From an uncultured delta proteobacterium (GTDB lineage Bacteria; Desulfobacterota; Syntrophia; Syntrophales; CAMTWB01): DNA of 64,000 bases. Each line of letters starts with the position of its first letter. Position 1 is the first letter of the stretch. The stretch spans positions 44,261-108,260 of the forward strand of contig CAMTWB010000007.1 in NCBI GenBank assembly GCA_947085375.1, in the 5' to 3' direction. Of the stretch, positions 35,965 to 44,331 are shown in pieces. A program made the position numbers and the translations under genes. The notes under the pieces were generated by a model. The model saw only the letters and a list, made by a program, of their open reading frames with translations. It had not been told where the DNA came from and ran no database searches.

Positions 35965-36451
35965 TTCGTCAACATTGATCCATTTGGCCAAGATTGGTCG
36001 ATTGAATCTGCTGCGAAAGCTTTTTGGACGGATTGTCATAACACCGCGAGTCTGGATAGAAGTCGTAGAGCAAGGCAGTAGCCGCGCTGGAGCAACCGAG
36101 GTGGAAGTGGCCTGCGCAGATGGTTGGATAGAGATTATTGCTCCTGTAGATGCGATGATATTGCCTTTACTAAAACGTGATTTAGACGAAGGAGAAGCCG
36201 AGGTGATCGCCTTGGCGATTGAATGTAAGGCGGACATGGTTCTGCTGGATGAATGGGAAGCGCGCAGAATTGCGGAGGTATATAATTTGGTGAAGACTGG
36301 CATTATAGGAGTTTTGCTGCGCGGTAAGCAGGAAGGATACATTGGTTTTCTAAAGTCGGAATTAGATAAATTGCGAGGCCCCGGCGGATTTTGGATTGAT
36401 GAAGAATTATATCGGCGGGCACTGACCGCCGCAGGAGAGGACGGGGAATAA
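35945..36451 (+). CDS. PIN-like (DUF3368-type) toxin-like protein
   Basis: Starts MPTVISDSSTLIHLAKIGRLNLL, and contains DEGEAEVIALA. It overlaps the antitoxin-like gene by 20 nt. Confidence 0.7.
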   Translation: MPTVISDSSTLIHLAKIGRLNLLRKLFGRIVITPRVWIEVVEQGSSRAGATEVEVACADGWIEIIAPVDAMILPLLKRDLDEGEAEVIALAIECKADMVLLDEWEARRIAEVYNLVKTGIIGVLLRGKQEGYIGFLKSELDKLRGPGGFWIDEELYRRALTAAGEDGE

Positions 36452-36505
36452 ATAAAGGATGCCATTGCTTTTCTGACCCGCCAGGTGTCGGCGCAGGATG
36501 GGCAA

Positions 36506-36631
36506 AGTCGTAGGGTGCGTTAGCAAAGCGTAACGCACCTAAAACAGATGGTGCGTCAAGACGCACACTACATGCTGACGAGAAAATATTCTTAATAGTG
36601 TGGTTCAATCTGCAAGATTGAACCAGCGGGG
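36506..36631 (+). repeat. Long cassette repeat, copy C
   Basis: Near-identical to copies A and B. Confidence 0.9.
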
Positions 36632-36638
36632 GAGACCC

Positions 36639-36902
36639 GTGTTACCATATGCGATTGACATGTTTAAATATGCGATTTACTTTGAAAAAGATGTCCTTGC
36701 AAAACGACCATACCTGAAGAAGGACTGGTGTGAACGAGTCGTTTCCTCCAGAGAGCATATAGAAGAGCAACCTGATGGATGGTTTCGTTTTTGGGGTCAA
36801 GTCCCAGAATACGGAAACAAATATCTTCGCGTTGTGACACTTCCAGACCAGGAGACTATTCTCAATGCCTTTTTCGACCGAGATTTTAAGGAGGTGAGCT
36901 GA
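36639..36902 (+). CDS. DUF4258-like small protein (putative toxin partner of DUF2283)
   Basis: Small ORF ending ...YLRVVTLPDQETILNAFFDRDFK. The start is uncertain: GTG at 36639 or ATG at 36660. The ORF-track start lies inside the repeat. Confidence 0.5.
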   Translation: MLPYAIDMFKYAIYFEKDVLAKRPYLKKDWCERVVSSREHIEEQPDGWFRFWGQVPEYGNKYLRVVTLPDQETILNAFFDRDFKEVS

Positions 36903-36903
36903 A

Positions 36904-37116
36904 ATGAGACTTAGTTATCATGCTGGAACCGATTCGCTTTACATTCATCTTGTCGAGCGTCCTGGAGCGGAAGCCCGTGAAGTTGCTCCCGGGATTGTGG
37001 TCGATTTTGATGCTGAGGGAAAGCCAGTTGGAATAGATATTGAACATGCCCAGAATATTCTTGACCTTACAACCCTTGATGCCGAATCTCTACCAATAAA
37101 AGTCAAGGCTGCGTAA
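36904..37116 (+). CDS. DUF2283-family small protein
   Basis: 70 aa. YHAGTDSLYIHL...VDFDAEGKPVGIDIEHA is the DUF2283 pattern. It begins 1 nt after the upstream gene. Confidence 0.7.
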   Translation: MRLSYHAGTDSLYIHLVERPGAEAREVAPGIVVDFDAEGKPVGIDIEHAQNILDLTTLDAESLPIKVKAA

Positions 37117-37128
37117 TGATCTTTTGCT

Positions 37129-37151
37129 GGTTCAATCTTGCAGATTGAACC
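37129..37151 (-). repeat. Core palindrome copy (reverse orientation)
   Basis: GGTTCAATCTTGCAGATTGAACC, 13 nt after the DUF2283 stop. Confidence 0.9.
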
Positions 37152-37333
37152 ACGCTATGGAGAGGCAATTGCAAAAGTGCCAATATGTCATTTTCGCAAA
37201 GTTTTTGGGTAGGAATCCAGCGGTGCGCAACCTCTTGCAAAAGAGGCAGGGAGAGGACTTTTCTCTTGACAACTGACAACCGTATCAGGGTGCGTTTCGC
37301 CCCACGTTCGACACCCTCTGAGCTGAGGCAGAA

Positions 37334-37720
37334 TTGAATAAAGACGTTAAGAACTGGGTAGCTACCTCAAACTACGATATTCAAACGGCGGCCGCCATGT
37401 ATAAGGCGGGCAGGTATCTCTATGTCGTTTTTATGTGCCATCTCGCCGTCGAAAAAATACTGAAAGCGCTGTTGGCACAAAAATACCCGGAAGACCTGCC
37501 GCCCAAAATCCACAACCTGATTAAGTTGTTACAGAAACTAGAACTAACGCCGCCGGAGAATCTTAAGGATTTTTTACAGCGGATTGATAATGTCAGTCTC
37601 GTCACCCGTTATCCTGAAGACCTTCGAACGTTGTCCAAGGAATTCAATCGGGACATGGCAAAACGGATTCTTACTGAAACAAAGAGGATCATAAAGTGGC
37701 TCAAGCAACACTTGAAATAA
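37334..37720 (+). CDS. HEPN-domain protein (toxin component of a HEPN/MNT pair)
   Basis: 128 aa with a TTG start. It matches the HEPN pattern with an RxxxxH-type region (SLVTRYPED...), and overlaps the downstream nucleotidyltransferase. Confidence 0.7.
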   Translation: MNKDVKNWVATSNYDIQTAAAMYKAGRYLYVVFMCHLAVEKILKALLAQKYPEDLPPKIHNLIKLLQKLELTPPENLKDFLQRIDNVSLVTRYPEDLRTLSKEFNRDMAKRILTETKRIIKWLKQHLK

Positions 37721-38031
37721 GAAATATAATTGCCCGGTACCTGGAAAATCTGAGAGCATTAGGCGTACCTGTCGAAAGGGTCTATCTTTTCGGCTCTCAG
37801 ACGCGCTTGGATGCGGGCAGGGAAAGTGACGTAGATCTGGCCATTGTGTCGCCCTTGTTTGAAAAGATGAGTTTATGGGACCGTGCCGGTTATTTAGGAA
37901 AAGCGGCATGGGATATTCCCTATCAGATGGATATTCTTGGCTTCGCACCATCGCAAATAAGAAAAGCAACACCCGGAACGCTTTTGAGGCACATATTAAA
38001 AAACGGGATAGAGATTGCCCCTGCTGGTTAA
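37696..38031 (+). CDS. Minimal nucleotidyltransferase (MNT) domain protein
   Basis: 111 aa with the LFGSQTRLDAGRESDVDLAIV motif (GS...DxD). Confidence 0.75.
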   Translation: MAQATLEIRNIIARYLENLRALGVPVERVYLFGSQTRLDAGRESDVDLAIVSPLFEKMSLWDRAGYLGKAAWDIPYQMDILGFAPSQIRKATPGTLLRHILKNGIEIAPAG

Positions 38032-38048
38032 ATCTTGCAGATTGAACC
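38026..38048 (-). repeat. Core palindrome copy (variant GGTTAAATCTTGCAGATTGAACC) overlapping the MNT stop codon
   Basis: Read directly. Downstream, CCACATTATTAAAAGC resembles the reverse arm of the long repeat. Confidence 0.85.
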
Positions 38049-38199
38049 ACATTATTAAAAGCAGTTTTTCTGACCAATTCGAAAACTGAGCAAGCCGATC
38101 TTTCTGTTGCCCAAATTCGTCATATCGTGGGCAAGTTTAAGAATGAGGGATAGATATAGACGTCTAACTTATGTTACTGAATCCATATGAACCTATAGT

Positions 38200-40698
38200 T
38201 TGGCCGTGATGGCGCCTGACAACCCGCAGTTAAAACTAGCCGCTGAGTTCGTTCAGAATACGGGTTGTCACGTTTTTCTTACCGGGAAGGCCGGCACGGG
38301 CAAGACCACTTTTTTGCACAATCTCAAAAGAAATTCCATCAAGCGCATGGTGGTCTTGGCCCCGACGGGGGTGGCGGCCATCAATGCCGGCGGAGTAACA
38401 ATCCATTCCTTCTTTCAACTGCCCTTTGGGCCGCAACTTCCGGCGGGCGTTTTGGGGATGCCAAAGCCTGGGGAAGAGGAGCAGAGGTCTCACAGCGCGC
38501 GGTTTCAACGGTTCAGCCGGGAGAAGATCAACATTATCAAGAGCCTGGAACTGCTCGTCATTGACGAAATCTCGATGGTGCGGGCCGATCTGCTCGATGC
38601 TATTGATGAAGTCCTGAGGCGCTACCGCGACCGCGACTGTCCTTTTGGCGGGTTGCAGCTTTTGATGATCGGCGATTTGCAGCAACTGGCCCCGGTGGTC
38701 AAGGGGAATGAATGGTCTATCCTGCAGAATTATTACGATTCGCCGTATTTCTTCAGCAGCCGGGCATTGCAACAAACCGATTTTGTAAGCATTGAACTTA
38801 AGCACATATACCGTCAGCAGGACGAGGCCTTCATCCGCCTTTTAAACAAGGTACGTGATAACAGGCTGGATGAAAAGGCCCTCCGGGATTTGAACAGCCG
38901 CCATATACCAGGATTTTCACCTAGCCACGAGGATGGCTACATCACCCTGACCACCCATAATTTCCAGGCCCAGGAAATCAATCTTTCCCAACTCAATGCC
39001 CTAAAAGGCAAGGCACGGACTTTTAAGGCCCGCCTGGAGGGTGAATTTCCCGCAATATCCTATCCTACCGATCCCGAGCTCACCCTGAAGGTCGGCGCTC
39101 AGGTGATGTTTGTAAAAAACGACCCATCACCCCAGAAGCTCTATTATAACGGCAAGATAGGGAAAGTAACCGCACTGGATGAAGACCGGGTGCAGGTGAT
39201 CTGTCCTGGTGACACCGCCGCAATCGCAGTGGAAAAGGTCGAATGGCAAAATTGCCGTTACGCCCTGGATGAAGATAGCAAGGAGATCAAGGAGACGGTC
39301 ATCGGCTCATTTATCCAAGAGCCGCTGAAACTGGCCTGGGCGATCACGATTCATAAGAGTCAGGGCCTCACCTTTGAAAAGGCCGTCATCGATGCCCACT
39401 CCGCCTTTGCCCACGGGCAGGTGTATGTGGCCCTAAGCAGATGCAGGACACTCGAAGGGCTTGTTTTGAGCACCCCAATCAGTCCCCGGTCGCTGAAAAG
39501 CGATAACACGATTAATCAATTCATCCGCCGGATTGAAGAAAATAATCCGGGGGAAGAACAATTGGCAGCCAGCAAAAATGCTTTTCAAGAGCGGCTGCTA
39601 TTGGAGTTGTTCGATTTTTCCCTGTTGCAGCGGCCTCTGGGCTATTTGTTGAAGCTATTGAGGGACAATCTTTCCAGCATCGATGCCGAATTGCTTGCGA
39701 CGTTTACCCGCCAGGATGCGACCCTGAAGGCCGAGGTAGCCCAGGTGTCCGACAGATTCAAAAACGAACTGCGCCGGCTTATCGCAGCCAATCCGGATGT
39801 AGAAAAGAACGAGCTGCTGCAAGAACGGATCAGGAAGGCCTGTGGGTATTTTTCCCCCCGGATAGAGAACGATCTTTTAGAGGTGCTTCCGGCGGGTGAT
39901 ATTGAAACGGACAATAAAATACTGCGCAAATCCCTCAGAGAGGCGTTGTTGCGCCTCCGGTCAGAGGCAAGAATAAAAATTGCCAGTCTGGCTGCCTGCA
40001 AAACCGGCTTTAACCTTATTGCCTTGCTTCAGGCCAGGGCCAAGGCAGTAATCGACGTGCCGGCAGAGATAAAGGCGGCAAAAGCCTCAACGGCATTGAC
40101 AGTCTCCGCGCATCCTGAATTCTATCGGCTGCTCAAAGCATGGAAAGACCAGACGGCGGAAGCGCTGGGGCTGCCCGGTCACCGGCTTCTGCCCTTACGG
40201 ACGATGAAAGAAATAGCAACGACCCTCCCCGCCACAAGGCAGGCCCTGCGGAGCATTAAGGGGATGGGGGAGAAGAAAGTCAAAAGCTATGGTGCGGAAA
40301 TACTTAAAATGACGCTTAATTTCCGCCGGGAAAACAATATGGAGCTGCCCCGTGACGAAAAGACGGAAGCCCAACCCCAAGGCCGGGAAAAGGGGGAATC
40401 CCGAAGAATAAGCTTTGATCTTTTTCTGGCTGGAAGGTCAGTCCAGGAGATCGCGGCAGAAAGGAATTTGGCCCAAGCTACCATCGAGGGGCATCTATCG
40501 TATTTTGTGGGAACCGGCCAATTATCGCTGGACAATATATTGTCCGCCGAAAAAATTGCACGAATTACTGAATATTTTACCAGGACAAACAATGCCTGGC
40601 CGCAAGCGGCGAAGGCGGCCCTGGGCGCCGACATATCATACGGAGAAATAAACTGCGTCCTGAAACACCTGGAATATCTGAAAGCCACGAAAAGGTGA
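38200..40698 (+). CDS. PIF1/RecD-family (SF1B) helicase with C-terminal HRDC-like and HTH regions
   Basis: Walker A GKAGTGKTT, Walker B LVIDEISMV, and ITIHKSQGLTFEKAVID. An HRDC-like block (LPLRTMKEIATTLPATRQALRSIKGMG) is followed by an HTH-like tail. The start is TTG at 38200 or ATG at 38209. Confidence 0.8.
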   Translation: MAVMAPDNPQLKLAAEFVQNTGCHVFLTGKAGTGKTTFLHNLKRNSIKRMVVLAPTGVAAINAGGVTIHSFFQLPFGPQLPAGVLGMPKPGEEEQRSHSARFQRFSREKINIIKSLELLVIDEISMVRADLLDAIDEVLRRYRDRDCPFGGLQLLMIGDLQQLAPVVKGNEWSILQNYYDSPYFFSSRALQQTDFVSIELKHIYRQQDEAFIRLLNKVRDNRLDEKALRDLNSRHIPGFSPSHEDGYITLTTHNFQAQEINLSQLNALKGKARTFKARLEGEFPAISYPTDPELTLKVGAQVMFVKNDPSPQKLYYNGKIGKVTALDEDRVQVICPGDTAAIAVEKVEWQNCRYALDEDSKEIKETVIGSFIQEPLKLAWAITIHKSQGLTFEKAVIDAHSAFAHGQVYVALSRCRTLEGLVLSTPISPRSLKSDNTINQFIRRIEENNPGEEQLAASKNAFQERLLLELFDFSLLQRPLGYLLKLLRDNLSSIDAELLATFTRQDATLKAEVAQVSDRFKNELRRLIAANPDVEKNELLQERIRKACGYFSPRIENDLLEVLPAGDIETDNKILRKSLREALLRLRSEARIKIASLAACKTGFNLIALLQARAKAVIDVPAEIKAAKASTALTVSAHPEFYRLLKAWKDQTAEALGLPGHRLLPLRTMKEIATTLPATRQALRSIKGMGEKKVKSYGAEILKMTLNFRRENNMELPRDEKTEAQPQGREKGESRRISFDLFLAGRSVQEIAAERNLAQATIEGHLSYFVGTGQLSLDNILSAEKIARITEYFTRTNNAWPQAAKAALGADISYGEINCVLKHLEYLKATKR

Positions 40699-40730
40699 CG
40701 ACAGGGTAAAAAATCCATATAAAAATAATG

Positions 40731-40765
40731 CTTGACAAGTTTTTGTTTTTCTATATTTTGCAGCC
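40731..40765 (+). promoter_or_regulatory. Candidate sigma70 promoter (TTGACA-N16-TATTTT)
   Basis: Motif match only. It is followed by about 210 nt with no convincing ORF before the HTH gene. Confidence 0.3.
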
Positions 40766-40979
40766 AAAGTGGAATAGTATGGAATTAACGGGAAGATTTC
40801 CGATGGAGATGGAAAGGGGATGAAAAATCGGCCCAGGTCCGGAAGTGTTTACCTTGATGGGAGCGGGCGCCCTGCTGCAGCATCAGCGCAAGGGTACTCA
40901 TGAGACCAAACGCTTTCGGGATGTTTTGTATATTAGAGCCTAATTCAGGGCAGTACCTAACCAAATTGGACGCTTTACT

Positions 40980-41210
40980 ATGAACTCAAACAGATTGAAG
41001 GAGCGGCGCATTGCCGAAGGGCTTACCATAACGGAGTTGGCGCGCCTGGCCAACTTGAGCACCAAGATTATTAGCCAGACGGAGCGCTTCTTAACAGATC
41101 CGACTGAGGTTACCAAGAGAAAAATTGTAAACGGTTTGAATTCCGCCAAGAAGCCGGGTGAAAGACACTATGACTTTGAGTTCATTTTTCCCCGCGTTGA
41201 CGGTGATTGA
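40980..41210 (+). CDS. XRE-family HTH protein
   Basis: 76 aa. LKERRIAEGLTITELARLANLSTKIISQTE is a typical Cro/C1 HTH pattern. Confidence 0.7.
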   Translation: MNSNRLKERRIAEGLTITELARLANLSTKIISQTERFLTDPTEVTKRKIVNGLNSAKKPGERHYDFEFIFPRVDGD

Positions 41211-41236
41211 TTGAATTATGGACGATGACCAATAGT

Positions 41237-41388
41237 GCTGAAGCGGTAAAAAGTAAAAAGACCCCCTCTCCCTTGATGGGAGAGGGTTGGGGAGAGGGTG
41301 ATAATAGTTGATATATCGAATATTTAAGCCCCCCTCCCCCTACCCCCTCCCACCAGGGGAGGGGAAATCGGAGCTTTACCGCTTCATC
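41237..41388. mobile_element. MITE-like repeat (termini GAAGCGGTAAAAAGT / GCTTTACCGCTTC; internal CCCTCTCCC-N5-GGGAGAGGG and CCCCTCCC-N4-GGGGAGGGG hairpins)
   Basis: A homologous copy lies at 44005-44185. Confidence 0.7.
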
Positions 41389-41440
41389 AAAAGTGTGGTC
41401 ACTTGATTCGACTGGTAGTTTCCACATGAGAGGATTAGCA

Positions 41441-42589
41441 ATGAAGCCGCCTGTTACGCCGAGCCTTATCAAGCAGTGTTATTTTGCCATTGTGATTCTG
41501 GCATCGCTGCTATTTTTTTCATCCTGCAGCCATTCTCCTGATGTCCCTTCCCAGTTCGACAAGAGCATCAAAACCGCTGAGGATCTAAAACAATTTAAGA
41601 TGCTGGAAACAGGGTTGACGGTTACTCCGGAGAAGGCAGCGCTGCATCCGGATTACCAGATTATTGACAATATTGCGGTTCCCTATGTGCCAGAATACCG
41701 GATGGGACCGGGGGACGTGCTGGAAATCGTCTATCATCTCAAATACGAAAAGACTGCGGATGATTATCGCCTGGAAGTCCAGGACCGAATCAGCGTCAAT
41801 TTTCCTTTTCATCCGCAATACAGCTCCAGCGTACTGGTTAGATCCGACGGGAAAATTACCATGCCGCTAATCGGCGATGTGACGGTAGAATCCAAAACGC
41901 CAATGGAATTGGCAACGGAACTAAATCGGGCATACAAAAAATACTTTATTAACCCCAGCATTACCGTTGCCTTGGAAGCATTTAATGTTAAAGTTGACGA
42001 GCTGAAAAAAGCTATCACTACCGCAGCCAGGGGGCAAAGTAAGATTGCGCCCGTTGCCCCGGATGGGCGGATCTCTTTTCCGCTTATCGGCGGCATGCAT
42101 GTGCAGGGATTAACTGTGGCCCAATTGGAAAAATTGATCAATGAAAGCTATGCCAAACAGGTTCGCAATCTAAATATCACCCTTATTCTGCTGGAAATTC
42201 GTCATCCCAAACTTTATGTCTTGGGCGAAGTGGAAAGACCAGGCGCTTACGATATCGGTTCCGTACCTAATGTTTTGAACGCGCTAGCTTTGGCTGGCGG
42301 CTTAAGAAGAAGCGGCGATCTGGAAGAAATTGCAGTTTTCCGTAATGAAGGTCTCGAGAGGCCTATTGCCTTTAAAGTAGATATTAAAAAAGCTCTAAGA
42401 TCGGGGATCGCCCTGACCAATATCAAATTAAAACCCGGAGACATTATCTATGTCCCCAAAACACGGCTTGACGAGAGACTCGATACAATTGAAAAAATCT
42501 TTACCCGAGGCATTTATGCGGTATTGCCTTTTACGACCAGCTTAGGCGCCAGTTACAATTTGAATCCACTCATCGGACCCAGACAATAG
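41441..42589 (+). CDS. Polysaccharide export outer-membrane lipoprotein (Wza-like; Poly_export plus SLBB)
   Basis: The start is trimmed to MKPPVT..., with the lipobox LFFSSC. It contains the YRMGPGDVLEI and PGDIIYVP motifs. Confidence 0.8.
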   Translation: MKPPVTPSLIKQCYFAIVILASLLFFSSCSHSPDVPSQFDKSIKTAEDLKQFKMLETGLTVTPEKAALHPDYQIIDNIAVPYVPEYRMGPGDVLEIVYHLKYEKTADDYRLEVQDRISVNFPFHPQYSSSVLVRSDGKITMPLIGDVTVESKTPMELATELNRAYKKYFINPSITVALEAFNVKVDELKKAITTAARGQSKIAPVAPDGRISFPLIGGMHVQGLTVAQLEKLINESYAKQVRNLNITLILLEIRHPKLYVLGEVERPGAYDIGSVPNVLNALALAGGLRRSGDLEEIAVFRNEGLERPIAFKVDIKKALRSGIALTNIKLKPGDIIYVPKTRLDERLDTIEKIFTRGIYAVLPFTTSLGASYNLNPLIGPRQ

Positions 42590-42601
42590 GACGATCCTGT
42601 T

Positions 42602-43999
42602 ATGCAAAATATATTCAGAGAGTTTGTTTTCATTCTGTTTTACCGGCTGCCGCTGATTGTCATCGTGTTTCTGACGGTTTTTATTATTTCACTCATCTTA
42701 GCCGTGACGCTTCCCTCCGTCTACCGCTCAACGGCTAAATTCTCCCTTGTTATTCCGCAGAGTTTCGATCCACTGCAGCAGGAAACATCCTTTGATTACC
42801 GCAACAGGGTGCGCCGATTTCTTCAGGATCAAAAGGAGCTTATTACATCCAACCGGGTACTTGCCAAGGTTGTTCAGCAAGCATACCCCAATACCAAGGA
42901 ACAGTCTGAAATCATTACAAAGATAAACAAATTACGACAGAATCTAGATGTCGTCCCACCGGGAGGAGAAACCTTTGAAGGTTCCAGTGTATTTATTGTT
43001 GAATTTTCCGATCACAGTCCGACATTTGCAGCCAGGATTGCATCTTTGGTAACAGATAACTACCTGGCAACATACCGCGAGATTTCTCATAGCAAAACCA
43101 GTTACTCCCTCTCATTTTTTCAAGAGCAAACCCAGAAGCTGCAAAATGAAATGCAGGAGAAGGAAAATAAAGTCCGCGACTTCGAAACAAAGCAGGCCCT
43201 GGCCCTCTTGGAAATCCTCAATCTGGGGCAGGGAGGCGCAAATGTGGAAGTCGGTCCCAATGTTCTTTTGACGCAGTTTTTGCGAAGTTACCATGAGCTT
43301 CAAGCCGATTTGGCCGCGCTTCAGGTCTCCATAGTATCCCTTGAGCGGGAGAGTAACCAAAGTGGCATTCCTGCGGTGTTGCCGGAAATGGAGGTGACGG
43401 GACGCGCCATCACGGTTTTTAAAAACAAGGTTGCCCAGTTGCAGATTCAACTCAACGAAATGAAACCTCAGTTTCAAGAAAATTTTGAACCGATGAAGCA
43501 GGTTGAACAGGAGCTGAAACTAAGTGTTGATTCCCTGAAAAAAGAAATGAAAAGAGCCGTCAGCGCTCAACGAATAACGGCCAACAGCATCAGGGCCAAA
43601 ATAGACCAACTGGAAAAAACCATTCAAAGTCTAAAAGATCGGATACAGGTCATAGCCCGGGAGAAGGCTACCTATCAGGCGCTGTTGCAGGAATTCAACA
43701 TTGTCAAAGATGCCTATACCAGGACCCAGGCCCAGATGGAGCAGGCCCGAATGGCGCAATCGCTGACTCAAGACAAGCAGTTTCTGACCTTGATTGACAG
43801 GCCGACGGTACCGGTTGCACCGTATAAACCCAACCGCCTCCTCATACTTTTAGGAGGATTGCTCGCGGGAATCTTTGTGGGAGTCGCTGTTGCTTTAACC
43901 GTTGATCACTTTGATCACCGTCTGAAGACGGTTTATGAAATTGAAAAGCAGCTGAACGTTCCAGTGTTGGGGTCTATACCAAGTTTAACGGCCTCGTAA
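42602..43999 (+). CDS. Polysaccharide chain-length determinant (Wzz/GumC-type PCP, no kinase domain)
   Basis: 465 aa with N- and C-terminal TM helices flanking a long coiled-coil periplasmic region. Confidence 0.75.
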   Translation: MQNIFREFVFILFYRLPLIVIVFLTVFIISLILAVTLPSVYRSTAKFSLVIPQSFDPLQQETSFDYRNRVRRFLQDQKELITSNRVLAKVVQQAYPNTKEQSEIITKINKLRQNLDVVPPGGETFEGSSVFIVEFSDHSPTFAARIASLVTDNYLATYREISHSKTSYSLSFFQEQTQKLQNEMQEKENKVRDFETKQALALLEILNLGQGGANVEVGPNVLLTQFLRSYHELQADLAALQVSIVSLERESNQSGIPAVLPEMEVTGRAITVFKNKVAQLQIQLNEMKPQFQENFEPMKQVEQELKLSVDSLKKEMKRAVSAQRITANSIRAKIDQLEKTIQSLKDRIQVIAREKATYQALLQEFNIVKDAYTRTQAQMEQARMAQSLTQDKQFLTLIDRPTVPVAPYKPNRLLILLGGLLAGIFVGVAVALTVDHFDHRLKTVYEIEKQLNVPVLGSIPSLTAS

Positions 44000-44004
44000 A
44001 AAGT

Positions 44005-44185
44005 AATGGCACGGCAAAAAGTCAAAAGGCCCCCTCTCCCTTGATGGGAGAGGGTTGGGGCCTGCCCCGTACTTGATACGGGGAGAGGGTGATAATGGTA
44101 GACATACCGAATGTTTACATCCCCCTCCCCCTGCCCCTCCCACCGGGGGAGGGGTAATCAGAGTTTTACCGCGCCATCATAAGTG
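44005..44185. mobile_element. MITE-like repeat, second copy of the 41237-41388 family
   Basis: It shares CCCCCTCTCCCTTGATGGGAGAGGGTTGGGG ... GAGAGGGTGATAAT ... CCCTCCCACC.GGGGAGGGG ... TTTACCGC with the first copy. Confidence 0.7.
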
Positions 44186-44331
44186 ATGAAGCCGTAAAAA
44201 AGTCGGCAAATGTGTAATTTGGGGACGGCGCTGTAAAAAGCGCCTTAAGGCAGGGCGCGCAAATCATGCACAACCAGCCCCCTCCCCCGAAACACCCCTG
44301 CTGGTAACACTACAATGCAAAGGCGACCCCC

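Noticed and set aside
34991-36631. The long repeats could be classical integron attC sites.
   Set aside because: I could not recognise RYYYAAC/GTTRRRY-type R''/R' boxes at the two ends of the element. The palindromes are three separate short hairpins rather than one long imperfect bulged stem. No intI or attI/Pc is in the window. An integron-like or other recombination mechanism is kept as a hypothesis, not a call.
29338-38048. The repeated 23-nt palindrome could be a CRISPR array.
   Set aside because: Spacing between copies is irregular (about 50 nt to more than 5 kb). The intervening sequences are complete protein-coding genes. Copies occur in both orientations, and no cas genes are present.
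40770-40979. A c-di-GMP or other riboswitch upstream of the EPS locus.
   Set aside because: I could not find the conserved GEMM-type core sequences or any other riboswitch signature I know. It is reported only as an unexplained leader.
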